In this document: positions 63,526-64,000 of the stretch, in pieces
Numbering within the stretch: position 1 is the first letter of the stretch
Layout: the number at the start of each line of letters is the position of its first letter
DNA from: Camelus ferus
Taxonomy: Eukaryota
Length of the DNA stretch: 64,000 bases
Reading direction: 5' to 3'
Assembly (NCBI RefSeq): GCF_009834535.1
Contig: NC_045697.1
Location: 67,086,001 to 67,150,000, forward strand
Notes under the pieces: generated by a model
What the model saw: only the letters and a program-made list of their open reading frames with translations
What the model was told of the DNA's origin: nothing
Database searches by the model: none
Position numbers and translations under genes: made by a program

Positions 63526-64000
63526 ATACATCAATGAATTAATGAATTCTAAAATTACGATTACCTTTGGCTTTCTCTAAAAAGATTTCTGACTTCTTAT
63601 CTCATACTTCCAGAAAAGTTATGTGGCCACCCCAACACCTTTTTGTCTGTAGCCCAGCTAACTGCCTAGGAATCTTCCTGTGTTATTTACTCACTACTAC
63701 TATCTTAAGAAAAAACACAGAGTTAAAAGGAACCTTTGAAAATTATCTTCCGTTAAAGGCAAAGGTACTACAATGGTTCAGTGTTTTTTCTGTCCCTTCC
63801 ATCTCTTGAATTGCCTTTCAAATCCCTAGTCCCTATATTTGGTGTAGTGAAATACACCTGGAATTCAAGTTAATTCCTTTCAGATGGCAGGCATTGTAAT
63901 AGTTACTTTGTGTTCCTTCCTCTAAGAACAGACTTCGGTGTGTTCCTAAAGATTAAAAAAAGTCAACATGTACAGCCATTCCAGTAATCAGTGTATTAAA

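Noticed and set aside
1..64000. ORF track (60-143 aa ORFs) as protein-coding genes, or a novel multi-gene system
   Set aside because: None resembles a protein I recognise. Many lie in repeats or start at non-ATG codons, and there is no consistent in-frame exon chain. Nothing supports operon, CRISPR or prophage-like structure in this mammalian DNA.

Overview
AT-rich, CpG-depleted mammalian genomic DNA with no recognisable protein-coding gene, RNA gene or CpG island. Three copies of a tRNA-Ala-like SINE resembling camelid vic-1, and a young L1 3' end, point to a camelid genome (alpaca, llama or camel). Much of the window is interspersed repeats: MIR/MIR3, L2, L3/CR1, L1M, HAL1, MaLR and ERV1 solo LTRs, and hAT and Tigger DNA-transposon fossils. 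The rest is microsatellites and unique non-coding sequence, so this is an intergenic tract or a large intron. The ORF track is consistent with chance ORFs. I find no evidence of a novel multi-gene system. The best observations are mechanistic: a tailless SINE with a 16-bp TSD and target microhomology, a tail-only SINE, and an apparent local templated insertion inside an L1. There are also palindromes and several unverified exon, sORF and enhancer candidates. Repeat family names come from my recall of consensus sequences, not from a database search. Boundaries of old repeats are approximate.
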